Origin: Thermodesulfobacteriota bacterium
GTDB taxonomy: Bacteria; Desulfobacterota; Desulfobulbia; Desulfobulbales; SURF-16
Assembly (NCBI GenBank): GCA_049323935.1
Contig: JBMONN010000004.1
Span: 16,486-80,485, forward strand
Direction of reading: 5' to 3'
Length of the DNA stretch: 64,000 nt
Shown here piece by piece: positions 15,653-24,290 of the stretch. The notes under the pieces are model-generated. The model was not told where the DNA came from. It ran no database searches and saw only the letters and a program-made list of their open reading frames with translations. Numbering within the stretch: the stretch's first letter is position 1; each line of letters starts with the position of its first letter. The translations under genes and the position numbers were made by a program.

Positions 15653-18169
15653 ATGAAGAATCGAAAAGCCTACACCATTGCGGCCCTGACCGGGGTCGGC
15701 CTGCTGCTGTCGGCCTCGCTGGCCTCGGCGGCGGTGAGCAGAATACTCTGTGTGCCCTGGCAGGGGAATCCGAATGCCCCGCATACCGCCATCAGTGGCC
15801 AGGCGGTGAAGTTGACCGCTGTCATTTACGGCGATGCGACCGGCGGCTCGGTCAGTTATTCCTGGGATTTTCAGGACGGCACCGCGCCGGCCAGCGGCAC
15901 CATTGCCGTCCCCGCCAACGGCGTTTACAACCTGGAGGTGACCCACACCTACAGTGCAGCGGTGAACACCCCGTTCACCACCACCTTGAGTATGGACGGC
16001 AAATCCGACACCTATAAGATCCTCATCGCTCCGGACAACAACGACTCCAAAACCAACATCGCCATCGACAAGGCCCTCTGGTACCTGCATAAAGACATGG
16101 TGCGGACCACCGCCGGTTCACCTGCGGTGCCGGCCGGCTACTGGAACGACTATTCCTACTATGTCGGGCGGTCCGGGGCGCCGGTCTGGGCTTTCGAGGT
16201 GCAGGGGCATCTGCTCAGCGTGGAGGCCAATCCCCTGCAGCCGCTGGAAGACCCCTATGTCGATGATGTCCAGCGGGGCATCAACTACATCCTGAGCAGG
16301 ACATATGCCCAGAGCATGAACGCCCAGACCCATGGCCATCCGGAGGATTATGACGGCGACGGCGATGGTGACGAGGGCAACGGCTATGGCCTTGTTGCCT
16401 ATTATGACAGCGGTCATACCAACTATGAGCAGGGACTTGCCATGGGAGCCATTGCCGGTTCCGGGGCGCCGGACGCTGTGGCGGCCACCGGCCAGGCGAC
16501 CTATGTGCTCGGGCGCACCTATCGGGACATCGTCCAGGATATGGCTGACTGGTATGGCTGGAGCCAGATCGACGGCACCGCTTTTCCGCCGAGCGGCGCC
16601 CTGGGCGGCTGGTATTATACGGCGGCGAATAATACGGGATGGAACCCGAATTATGGCGACAACTCCGCCTCCCAGTGGGCCTATATCGGCCTTGAAGCAG
16701 CCCAGAACAATTTCGGCGCGGCAATTCCCACCTGGGTGAAGACCAGGCTGGCCGGCTATCTCCACAACCAGATCGCCTACAACAACCGGGGCTTTGTCTC
16801 CTATCGCTCCGGCTACTCTTGGTATAGTGACTTTACCACCCCGAACGTCTGTCTGACCGGTGGCGCCCTGGTCGGCATGAAGCTGGTCGGTCAGAGCCTC
16901 TACGATGCCCAGAACGGCGCCGGCAGCTACAGCACCGATCTCAATCTGGCCACCACCTTTCTCGGCAACAACTGGCTCGGCCAGGCAAATCGATGGACGG
17001 AGAACTGGTACGGCCACCGCGCCTATTACACCATGTACGCCATCATGAAGGGCCTGCGGCTGCACAGCCTCGACTCGCTGCCCGGCACCCCCGGCACCGC
17101 TGACTGGTATGGCGATTATGTCGGCGTCATGCTGCCGGATCAGTATGCGGACGGTCACTGGCGCGGCACCGGCTGGATGGATGGCTACATCGTCAACGAC
17201 ATGGGGACCGCCTTTGGCGTGCTGATCCTCACTCCGAGCGTCTTTTCGCCGCCGCCGGTGGCCTGTTTCAACGCCAACCCCAATCCCGGCTACATGGACG
17301 TGCCGATCTCCTTTGATCCGTCCTGTTCGTACCATTCCGACGGGACAAAATCCATTGTCCTCTATGAGTGGGATTTCGACAACGACGGCGTTTATGATGT
17401 GACCTCGACCACCCCGGATGTCCAGACATTTACCTGGGATGACGCCACCTATGACCTTGGCACCTATCCGGTCACCCTGCGGGTAACCGATGACTCGGAC
17501 GACCCGGTAACGGATACCGCCACGATTGATGTCAATTTGACCCTGCCGCCTCATCCGCCGGTGGCCGATGCCGGTGGCCCCTATATGACCACCCAGTGCG
17601 GCGCCGACTCCCTGACGCTTGATGGCTCCGGCTCCTTTGATATTGACGAGGGGACCAGTGAAAGCGGCAACCCGCCGTTTGATACCATCACCGACTGGGC
17701 GTGGGATCTTGACAACGCGCCATGGGATTATGTCAATGAGAGTGGTGAAAGCGTTGCCCTGAGCGCTGCCGACATTGCCACCTATTTCACCTTGGGTGAG
17801 AAGCAGATCGGCCTGAAGGTAACGGACAACACGGCAGCGGCCTATCCGGGCAGCCAGCAGCCCGATCTGACCGGTGAGGGATTTGACACGGTTACCGTCT
17901 ATGATGACTGCCTGTGTACCCTGAGTGCCCGTGCCAAGCTGAATAAGGTGCAACTGGTCTGGGCCAATACCGGTGCCGCCAGTTATGACATCTATCGCAG
18001 CACGATCGGGCCGAACAGCGGCTTCAGCCTGATTAAGGATAACCTTGTCACCAGCTACGCCACCTATCTGGACAGCGGTTTGACGATCGGCACCCCCTAC
18101 TGGTATCGGGTCGTTGACAGCAATGGCTGCGGTTCGGTAGCGGTAAAAGTTGTTCCGACAACCCGCTAA
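15653..18169 (+). CDS. Large secreted multidomain protein: PKD-like + alpha/alpha-toroid-like (prenyltransferase/terpene-cyclase-like repeats) + PKD-like x2 + FN3-like C-terminus (paralog A)
   Basis: RBS AAAGGGGGA precedes the ATG at 15653. Signal peptide MKNRKAYTIAALTGVGLLLSASLASA. PKD-type signatures: SYSWDFQDGT, YEWDFDNDGVYD...VTLRVTDD, and WAWDLDN...GLKVTDN. The central Trp/Tyr/Gly-rich region (ALWYLHKD..., NSASQWAYIGLEAA...) resembles prenyltransferase/squalene-cyclase repeats. The C-terminus (VQLVWANTGAASYDIYRS...YWYRVV) resembles FN3. Confidence 0.8.
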   Translation: MKNRKAYTIAALTGVGLLLSASLASAAVSRILCVPWQGNPNAPHTAISGQAVKLTAVIYGDATGGSVSYSWDFQDGTAPASGTIAVPANGVYNLEVTHTYSAAVNTPFTTTLSMDGKSDTYKILIAPDNNDSKTNIAIDKALWYLHKDMVRTTAGSPAVPAGYWNDYSYYVGRSGAPVWAFEVQGHLLSVEANPLQPLEDPYVDDVQRGINYILSRTYAQSMNAQTHGHPEDYDGDGDGDEGNGYGLVAYYDSGHTNYEQGLAMGAIAGSGAPDAVAATGQATYVLGRTYRDIVQDMADWYGWSQIDGTAFPPSGALGGWYYTAANNTGWNPNYGDNSASQWAYIGLEAAQNNFGAAIPTWVKTRLAGYLHNQIAYNNRGFVSYRSGYSWYSDFTTPNVCLTGGALVGMKLVGQSLYDAQNGAGSYSTDLNLATTFLGNNWLGQANRWTENWYGHRAYYTMYAIMKGLRLHSLDSLPGTPGTADWYGDYVGVMLPDQYADGHWRGTGWMDGYIVNDMGTAFGVLILTPSVFSPPPVACFNANPNPGYMDVPISFDPSCSYHSDGTKSIVLYEWDFDNDGVYDVTSTTPDVQTFTWDDATYDLGTYPVTLRVTDDSDDPVTDTATIDVNLTLPPHPPVADAGGPYMTTQCGADSLTLDGSGSFDIDEGTSESGNPPFDTITDWAWDLDNAPWDYVNESGESVALSAADIATYFTLGEKQIGLKVTDNTAAAYPGSQQPDLTGEGFDTVTVYDDCLCTLSARAKLNKVQLVWANTGAASYDIYRSTIGPNSGFSLIKDNLVTSYATYLDSGLTIGTPYWYRVVDSNGCGSVAVKVVPTTR

Positions 18170-18200
18170 GGCAGCACGGCGCCTGAAGAGGCGACGTATT

Positions 18201-18241
18201 CAACACGCCGGCGATCGACGACCGCCGGCGTGTTGTCTTTT
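18201..18241 (+). terminator. Rho-independent terminator after paralog A
   Basis: AACACGCCGGCG-(loop)-CGCCGGCGTGTT stem followed by GTCTTTT. Confidence 0.65.
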
Positions 18242-18269
18242 CCCCGCTAAACATCTTTTTTTAGTGGCC

Positions 18270-19106
18270 ATGGCAACCTTCCATTCGTTTTTCCGATTTC
18301 TTCCCAGGGGAAGCAGTCTTGCCGCCGTCATAGCCGTGCTCAGTCTGCTTTTTGTCTTTCCAGCGTCAGGGGTGGCTGCCGAGGCGCCGTCCTTTACTCT
18401 CAAGGTGACTGACTCCCGCATCGACCTTGTGGCCAACGAGGCGCCACTTGGTGAAATCCTCACCGCGATTTCCCGGGAATTCCGGCTTACTTTACGGGCC
18501 GCAGAGCTCCCTGGTGAGCTGACGAGCTGCCGGCTGGCCTCTGTTCCCCTTGAACAGGGGCTGGAGAAACTACTGGAGAGCTGGAATTATGCCTTGCTTT
18601 ACAAAAAAGAGGGTCAGGGCCGCGCCCTGCCGGACATTCTCTGGGTTATGAATCGCAATCCGAACCGTGTGGTTGTCGAGAGGCGAGGGGAGCCCGGGAG
18701 TCAGGGGGGGGCAAGGGAGCAGCTGCTGCCGCAGGAAGAGGGTGGAAAAAGTTATCGGAAAGAGGATATCGCCGCAGTCTTTGCCGATGGCGATACGGTG
18801 TTGCTCGACATTGACGTCCGCCCGGCCGATGGCTCGGAATTTGGCGAAGCGGCGTCGCAGCCCATGCCTGAGGAAGAAGAGCGGCCGCTGGGAATAAAAA
18901 TCACCCGGCTCGCCGAAACCTCGCCGATCAATATGATTGGACTGCGGGAAGGGGATGTGGTGAGGGATGTGAACGGGGCTGCAGTGGGGTCAGCCGCAGA
19001 TCTGGTTCGCTCCCTGGCAGGAGCCGCAACGGGAGGTGTGACGACACTCCGCATCGAACGATGGCGGGATGGACAGATGGCCCCGCTTTATCTGGAAATG
19101 CGATAG
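18270..19106 (+). CDS. Single-pass membrane protein with STN-like (secretin/TonB N-terminal-like) domain and C-terminal PDZ domain (unit 1)
   Basis: MATFHSFFRFLPRGSSLAAVIAVLSLLFVF (TM/signal). The segment IDLVANEAPLGEILTAISREFRLTL...VPLEQGLEKLLESWNYALLYKK follows the STN/N0 pattern. C-terminus GIKITRLAETSPINMIGLREGDVVRDVNGAAVGSAADLVRSL is a PDZ signature. Confidence 0.7.
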   Translation: MATFHSFFRFLPRGSSLAAVIAVLSLLFVFPASGVAAEAPSFTLKVTDSRIDLVANEAPLGEILTAISREFRLTLRAAELPGELTSCRLASVPLEQGLEKLLESWNYALLYKKEGQGRALPDILWVMNRNPNRVVVERRGEPGSQGGAREQLLPQEEGGKSYRKEDIAAVFADGDTVLLDIDVRPADGSEFGEAASQPMPEEEERPLGIKITRLAETSPINMIGLREGDVVRDVNGAAVGSAADLVRSLAGAATGGVTTLRIERWRDGQMAPLYLEMR

Positions 19107-19194
19107 GCGGGTTGACCATCCGGGTCCGTTGTCCGAAAATGACCAGGGCTGGCGCAAAGCAAAGGGATGTCGTGATGTGTATCCAGTCGGGAAA

Positions 19195-19217
19195 TTCCGT
19201 TTTCCGGGAAAGCGGAA
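19195..19217. promoter_or_regulatory. Palindrome TTCCGTTTTCC-G-GGAAAGCGGAA (unit 2 copy, 1 mismatch)
   Basis: Same relative position as 14585-14607. The flanking GGTTTCCCGGA(C/T)TTTTCCGGCGTGCT is also conserved. Confidence 0.45.
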
Positions 19218-19387
19218 CGGTTTCCCGGACTTTTCCGGCGTGCTTTTTGCCGAAAGAGGGATCGTGCCGGCCGGCCCTTCCTTCCACTCTGTGGTGGTTG
19301 GGGTGTAACCTGTTGCAATACGGATAAAAAAATGATCGGCGTGGGGAAGAAAAGGGCGGATGGCGGCAACTGTTCTTTTTGGGCGCC

Positions 19388-19403
19388 GGGGAATGGATTT
19401 TGC
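19388..19403 (+). promoter_or_regulatory. Candidate sigma54 promoter, unit 2
   Basis: GGGAATGGATTTTGCA has GG-N10-GC spacing and is identical to unit 1 except at its first base. Confidence 0.4.
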
Positions 19404-19439
19404 AAATTCAGTTTAGATAATTTGTTTCACAGTCTGCGA

Positions 19440-19815
19440 CGGCACGAATGCCTGACAAGAATAAAGGGTCCATAGCTGGGATTCCGTCAATGGCCCTGGG
19501 CCTCATTGCCTCGCCGGCCATGGTAGCCATCGAAAATAACTTCGGCTGGGCGGGTGAAGACGTCTCCTTTGCCATGGGCAGGATTTCACTCTCGGGGGAG
19601 ACGAAACGGCAACCATTGCCCTGGATCTTTCCGATATAATGCCAGAGGGGCTTTTATCTGAGCCAGACGGGCCATGAAAGTGGCAAGATGTTTATCTTTC
19701 CAGGGCCCTGCGGACGAGCGGTGAGCCAATTCCCGAGCCAGCCACCATGCTGCTGATGGGGAGCGGGCTGGCCGGCCTCTTCGGGGTGAGCCGCAAAAGA
19801 ATGAAAAAGGGATAA
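19440..19815 (+). pseudogene. Decayed paralog of the PEP-CTERM protein gene
   Basis: Homologous to 14866-15540 at both ends: ...GCCCTGGGCCTCATTGCCTCGCCGGCCATGG... and ...CTGCGGACGAGCGGTGAGCCAATTCCCGAGCCAGCCACCATGCTGCTGATGGGG...AAAAGAATGAAAAAGGGATAA. The RBS and start region are mutated, ~300 nt of the middle are missing, and the frame is broken. The PEP-CTERM tail is no longer in frame with the 63-aa ORF at 19448. Confidence 0.7.
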
Positions 19816-19833
19816 GTCGGCAGGTTGGCGCTG

Positions 19834-19853
19834 TTGTTTTCGGGGGAAAACGG
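19834..19853 (+). other. Intergenic hairpin TTGTTTTC-GGGG-GAAAACGG (unit 2 copy)
   Basis: Counterpart of 15559-15578, with one stem mismatch. Confidence 0.3.
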
Positions 19854-19933
19854 GGAAGTCGCCTGTGGTGCAATATCAATGCGGATGAAAACGAATGGGG
19901 AGAAGTGACGAAATGCAGATAAAGGGGGAAAAA

Positions 19934-22900
19934 ATGAAGAATCGGAAAGCATACACCATTGCGGCCCTGACCGGGGTCGCCCTGTTGCTGTCGGCCTCAT
20001 TGGCATCGGCGGCGGTCAGCAAAGTTCGCGCGATACCCTGGCAGGGAGATCCAACGAAGTATCATACGGCAATTGCCACTGAATCATCGTCCTGGAATAC
20101 AAGCGGGAGCGATAATGTCTTGCGGGTCAGAGGGGAGGCCAAAAGTGGCAGCTATATTTCCTGGATCAGGGCCGTTATCACCAGGGGCGGTAGTACGGAA
20201 AGGGTGTGTCTTTATGATGTGAACGGCGGGAATTGCACGGAAACAAATTTGTGCACCGCTTCATACAGCGACGCCGCATTCGATCAGTCGACCAATATCG
20301 CTGCCTCGCCGATTCCGGATTCCATTACCCTGGAGGTCCTCGGGACCAATTGCTCATCCTCAAGACAGGTGGAACTCCTCCAGAACGGGGTAAGCGTCGG
20401 GGGGGCGGAGATAAATACCGCTTATGACTGCACCTGTACTCCTGCTTTGCAAAGCCCAACCCTTGCTGGTGCCAGCGGGGCGAGATTGAAAGGTGTAATC
20501 GACACCACGAATACCGATACCGTATGGTATCGGTGGGACTTTGGCGATGGTTCCATGTCTGATGTGACCGCGTTGAGTGGCAAAACCCGCTATAATGTCG
20601 CAGCCAATCATGCCTACAGCGGCACACCAGGGGCACCATTTACCGCTCGACTGCTGGTCGATGGAGTGGACAATAGCATGACCCATGCAATTGCCGATTC
20701 CTACCTGGTGAAACTTGAAGCTGATACCCTTGATGCCAGGATTAATGTGGCAATTGACGAAGGCCTCTGGTGGCTCTACCAGCAAGGGAACAATCTGGGC
20801 GGTTATGCCAGTTATCCTCGCACGTACGACGGGTCCCCGTACATGACCTGGCTGCAAACAAGTTATGTCTATACCCTGGTGACGCCGACCGCCTCGGCCG
20901 TTCATGCCTTCGGCATCAACGGCCACAAGATGAAGGGCAATGTCAATGAGGACCCCTATGTCGAGGCCGTGCAACAGGGGATGAACTACCTGGTCAAAGG
21001 GTACAACTTATACCCGACCTATCCGGCGCTCCGAGCCAGTGCGATCAGCTCAGTCAATCATGGCGGGGTTATCGACAACCCCGAGGCAGGTCAAGCTGCC
21101 CCCAACGGCTACGGGATAGAGGTCTATGATTGGGGCGGCAGCCACATTCCCTATCAGAGCGGCCAGATCATGGACGCCATCATCGCCTCCGGGGTCAGTC
21201 CCACTGATCTGACCGGACGGGATTTCACCCGGACCGATGCCACCGTTGTCCGCAACTGGACCTACGGCGAACTGTTGCAGGACATGGCCGATATGCACGC
21301 CTGGGGACAATCCGACTCGACCGGATGTAACGGCGGGGTGTGTGGTTCCTGGTGGTATGGTTGGAATTATGGATTCCCGGGCGATAACTCGGCCAGCCAG
21401 TGGGGCGCGATCGGCATGCTGCCGGCCCAGCAGCCCCCCTGGAATGTGGTCGTCCCGGCCTGGGTAAAAAATTACAACGCCAACTGGCTGGCCTACAGCA
21501 TGGGCTGCAGCGGCCCCTCCGCGGCGGTGACGTCCTGCAGTAATAATTTTTTCAGCTATAACGGCGTGGGTGGCTGCGCCGGCGATAACTGCCAGCAGAC
21601 CACCACCTCCGGCATGGTGCAGATGATCTTCGATGGCCAGACCACCGCTGATCTCAAGTGGGGCAGGGCGCAGAAAAAAATTGCCGACGAGTGGCGTTCC
21701 TTCCTGCACGATGGTTCAAACTGGGGAGGATATCGCACCTATGGTTGGTACTCCTTTGCCAAGGCCATGCGCCTGTCGTTGCCTGAATCAACCACCCAGC
21801 TCGTGAAAACCGGCGGCGCCAGCTTTGACTGGTACTATGGCGATCCGACCACCACTGCCTGCACCACCGAGGCCAACTGCGAGAAGGGCCTGGCCCAGCG
21901 CATCCTGGAGACTCAGGCTGCCGATGGCCAATGGCCAAGCGGCAACCTGACCAACCCGCCGCTGACCACCGCCTGGATGATCATCACCCTCAAGCCGTCA
22001 CTCTTTGCCTCGTCGCCCATTGCCTGCTTTGACTACAGTCCCAAATCGACCTATTCCGGCGACACGGTGAGCTTTGATCCGACCTGTTCCGGCCATTCGG
22101 AGCCGGGCAAGACCATTGCCAACCTGACCAAATTCGAGTGGGATTGGGACAACGATGGTGATTACGATGCGGAAACCACGACACCCGACATGGTGACCAA
22201 TGTCTTCACCTGTGACACGCCGCCCTGCACCTTCCCGGTGACACTGCGGGTCACCGATGACAACGATCCGGCCCTCACCGCCACGGTCAAGCAGAATGTC
22301 GCGATCACCAATCCGCCCCATCCGCCCACTGCGGATGCCGGCGGCCCGTATATGACGTCACTCTGCCCTGCTGACTCCTTAACCCTGGATGGGTCGGCCT
22401 CCTTTGACCCGAACGAAGGCGAGTACGAGGCCGGGTGCACCGACTGTGATCCCGATACCATCACTGCCTGGGAGTGGGATCTGACCCCGCCCCTCACCGG
22501 TTTTGACGATGAATCCGGTGAAACAGTGACTGTCGCGCCGGGGACGTATTTCGCCGCGGCCGGCAACCAGGATGTCGGCCTGCGGGTTACCGACAATACG
22601 GTCGAATCCTTCCCGGGCAGTGGCGAACCCAATCTGACTGATACCGATTTCGGTACGGTCGCTGTTGCCGATGATTGTCTCTGCACCCTCACCGCCAGGG
22701 CCAAGCTGAACAAGGTGCAGTTGGTCTGGGCCAATACCGGTGCCGCCAGCTATGACATCTACCGCAGCACGACCGGCCCCAACACCGGCTTCAGCCTGAT
22801 TAAGGATAACCTCGTCACCAGCTATGCCACCTATCTGGACAGTGGACTGACGATCGGCGTTCCTTACTGGTACCGAGTCGTTGACAGCAATGGCTGTGGT

Positions 22901-22936
22901 TCTGTCGCTGTTCGTGTCGTCCCGGTAAGCAGATAG
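19934..22936 (+). CDS. Large secreted multidomain protein, paralog B (extra N-terminal Cys-containing beta-rich insert + PKD-like + toroid-like + PKD-like x2 + FN3-like)
   Basis: RBS AAAGGGGGA precedes the ATG at 19934. The signal peptide MKNRKAYTIAALTGVALLLSASLASA is nearly identical to paralog A. PKD-type signatures: WYRWDFGDGS, FEWDWDNDGDYD...VTLRVTDDND, and WEWDL...GLRVTDN. Toroid-like centre (GLWWLYQQG..., NSASQWGAIGMLPA...). The last ~85 aa are nearly identical to paralog A. Confidence 0.8.
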   Translation: MKNRKAYTIAALTGVALLLSASLASAAVSKVRAIPWQGDPTKYHTAIATESSSWNTSGSDNVLRVRGEAKSGSYISWIRAVITRGGSTERVCLYDVNGGNCTETNLCTASYSDAAFDQSTNIAASPIPDSITLEVLGTNCSSSRQVELLQNGVSVGGAEINTAYDCTCTPALQSPTLAGASGARLKGVIDTTNTDTVWYRWDFGDGSMSDVTALSGKTRYNVAANHAYSGTPGAPFTARLLVDGVDNSMTHAIADSYLVKLEADTLDARINVAIDEGLWWLYQQGNNLGGYASYPRTYDGSPYMTWLQTSYVYTLVTPTASAVHAFGINGHKMKGNVNEDPYVEAVQQGMNYLVKGYNLYPTYPALRASAISSVNHGGVIDNPEAGQAAPNGYGIEVYDWGGSHIPYQSGQIMDAIIASGVSPTDLTGRDFTRTDATVVRNWTYGELLQDMADMHAWGQSDSTGCNGGVCGSWWYGWNYGFPGDNSASQWGAIGMLPAQQPPWNVVVPAWVKNYNANWLAYSMGCSGPSAAVTSCSNNFFSYNGVGGCAGDNCQQTTTSGMVQMIFDGQTTADLKWGRAQKKIADEWRSFLHDGSNWGGYRTYGWYSFAKAMRLSLPESTTQLVKTGGASFDWYYGDPTTTACTTEANCEKGLAQRILETQAADGQWPSGNLTNPPLTTAWMIITLKPSLFASSPIACFDYSPKSTYSGDTVSFDPTCSGHSEPGKTIANLTKFEWDWDNDGDYDAETTTPDMVTNVFTCDTPPCTFPVTLRVTDDNDPALTATVKQNVAITNPPHPPTADAGGPYMTSLCPADSLTLDGSASFDPNEGEYEAGCTDCDPDTITAWEWDLTPPLTGFDDESGETVTVAPGTYFAAAGNQDVGLRVTDNTVESFPGSGEPNLTDTDFGTVAVADDCLCTLTARAKLNKVQLVWANTGAASYDIYRSTTGPNTGFSLIKDNLVTSYATYLDSGLTIGVPYWYRVVDSNGCGSVAVRVVPVSR

Positions 22937-22970
22937 TTTTTTCTGAAGCCGTTTCATGTCGTGACCCTTG

Positions 22971-23014
22971 CCCCAAGCCGGCAGCCTCCCCAGGCTGCCG
23001 GCTTGGGGTTTTTG
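22971..23014 (+). terminator. Rho-independent terminator after paralog B
   Basis: CCCCAAGCCGGCAGCC-(TCCCCA)-GGCTGCCGGCTTGGGG, a 16-bp perfect stem followed by TTTTTG. Confidence 0.8.
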
Positions 23015-23045
23015 TGAGGGGGAATTTTTTTTAACCGTCCACACA

Positions 23046-23846
23046 ATGGCACATACAAATTTATCCTTTTTGGACTCGAACAGGGGCAGGACGTTTCGTG
23101 TCGTGGCCTTGGTTGTGGTGTTTTGGCTGGGCATCGCTGTCTTGCCGGTGCATGCGGGCGCCCCGCCCCCAGCCTTTACCATTGAAATGCATGATTCCCT
23201 GCTGGATATCACGGCGGAGAATGTGCCGCTGCGGCAGATTCTTGATGCGATTACCCAGAGGTCTGGGCTCATCCTGCGCTTTGCCGATCAGGATGGGGAG
23301 CTGGTTTCCTGCCATCTGACCTCCGTCAGTCTGCCGGAAAGTCTGGAGAAGATCCTGGGGAACTGGAATTATGCCCTGGTCTACAAAAAAGACCGTCAGG
23401 GGCGTTCTGTTCCCGACACGCTGTGGGTCATCAATAGAAACCCGCAGAGAATGACCGTTGATGTCGCGGCTGATGGACAGCGACTCACCCGGATAGGCGG
23501 CGCTGACTCGGTTGGGCGCGAAAATTTGCCGAAATTCAAGAAGGATGATATTCGCTCCGTTTTCGCGGATAGGGAAAAAATTCTAACAGACGTTGAGGCA
23601 GCGCCCTATTCTGTTGGCGAACACAACGAAGGGGTCGAGATCACCACTCTTGCCGATACCTCACCATTAAAGTTGATCGGCCTGCAAACAGGCGACGTGG
23701 TTCGTAATATTAATGGACAGGCGGTAAACTCGGCCGAAGAACTTGTCAACGCTTTCGCCACCCCCATTCCCGCCGATGTGTCAGTTGTCCGCATCGAAAG
23801 GCATCGTGACGGACGTATTGAGACAATTTATCTGCATTTGGAGTAA
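23046..23846 (+). CDS. Single-pass membrane protein with STN-like domain and C-terminal PDZ domain (unit 2 paralog)
   Basis: MAHTNLSF...FRVVALVVVFWLGIAVLPV (TM helix). LDITAENVPLRQILDAITQRSGLILRF...VSLPESLEKILGNWNYALVYKK. PDZ-like GVEITTLADTSPLKLIGLQTGDVVRNINGQAVNSAEELV. Collinear with 18270-19106. Confidence 0.7.
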   Translation: MAHTNLSFLDSNRGRTFRVVALVVVFWLGIAVLPVHAGAPPPAFTIEMHDSLLDITAENVPLRQILDAITQRSGLILRFADQDGELVSCHLTSVSLPESLEKILGNWNYALVYKKDRQGRSVPDTLWVINRNPQRMTVDVAADGQRLTRIGGADSVGRENLPKFKKDDIRSVFADREKILTDVEAAPYSVGEHNEGVEITTLADTSPLKLIGLQTGDVVRNINGQAVNSAEELVNAFATPIPADVSVVRIERHRDGRIETIYLHLE

Positions 23847-24290
23847 TGGACAGTCGGGACGGATTTTGCGGGAAGACGCACTGTACAAAAAATGACCAGC
23901 GCTGGCCTGTTGCTCGCCAGTATGTGTCGACAGGAGGGTGGGCAGGGATTTTTTTTGTCTTTTTTTATTTGTAAAATCAGAATGTTATTCGATGTTTTTC
24001 TTTCGTCGTTTTTTTCTTGTTGTTGGCATCTTTCCTGCTCTATTATCTAACTGCGATATGTCCCCCGCATATTGAGAGGTTCCTTCCCCCTTTTGTTGCT
24101 CTGATGCCGAGCTGGTTTGCCTTCCCCCGGCGGATCGGCTCGGCTCATTCAGCATCTCGGCAGCGCGGTCAGCTCGTAGCGTTTCCTGCGGGCCGCTCGC
24201 CGGCGCATCTTCTCGCCTGCCCATCCATTTCCCGTTTCCAGCCGCGGTTTTTTCGCGACTCGGCTACATCGCAAAACTGCATTGGTGAAC

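Noticed and set aside
23985-24224. 79-aa minus-strand ORF in the AT-rich junction region
   Set aside because: It has no RBS, is low-complexity with a basic tail (KKRRKKNIE), has no recognisable motif, and overlaps the likely idi promoter region. There is not enough support to call it a gene.
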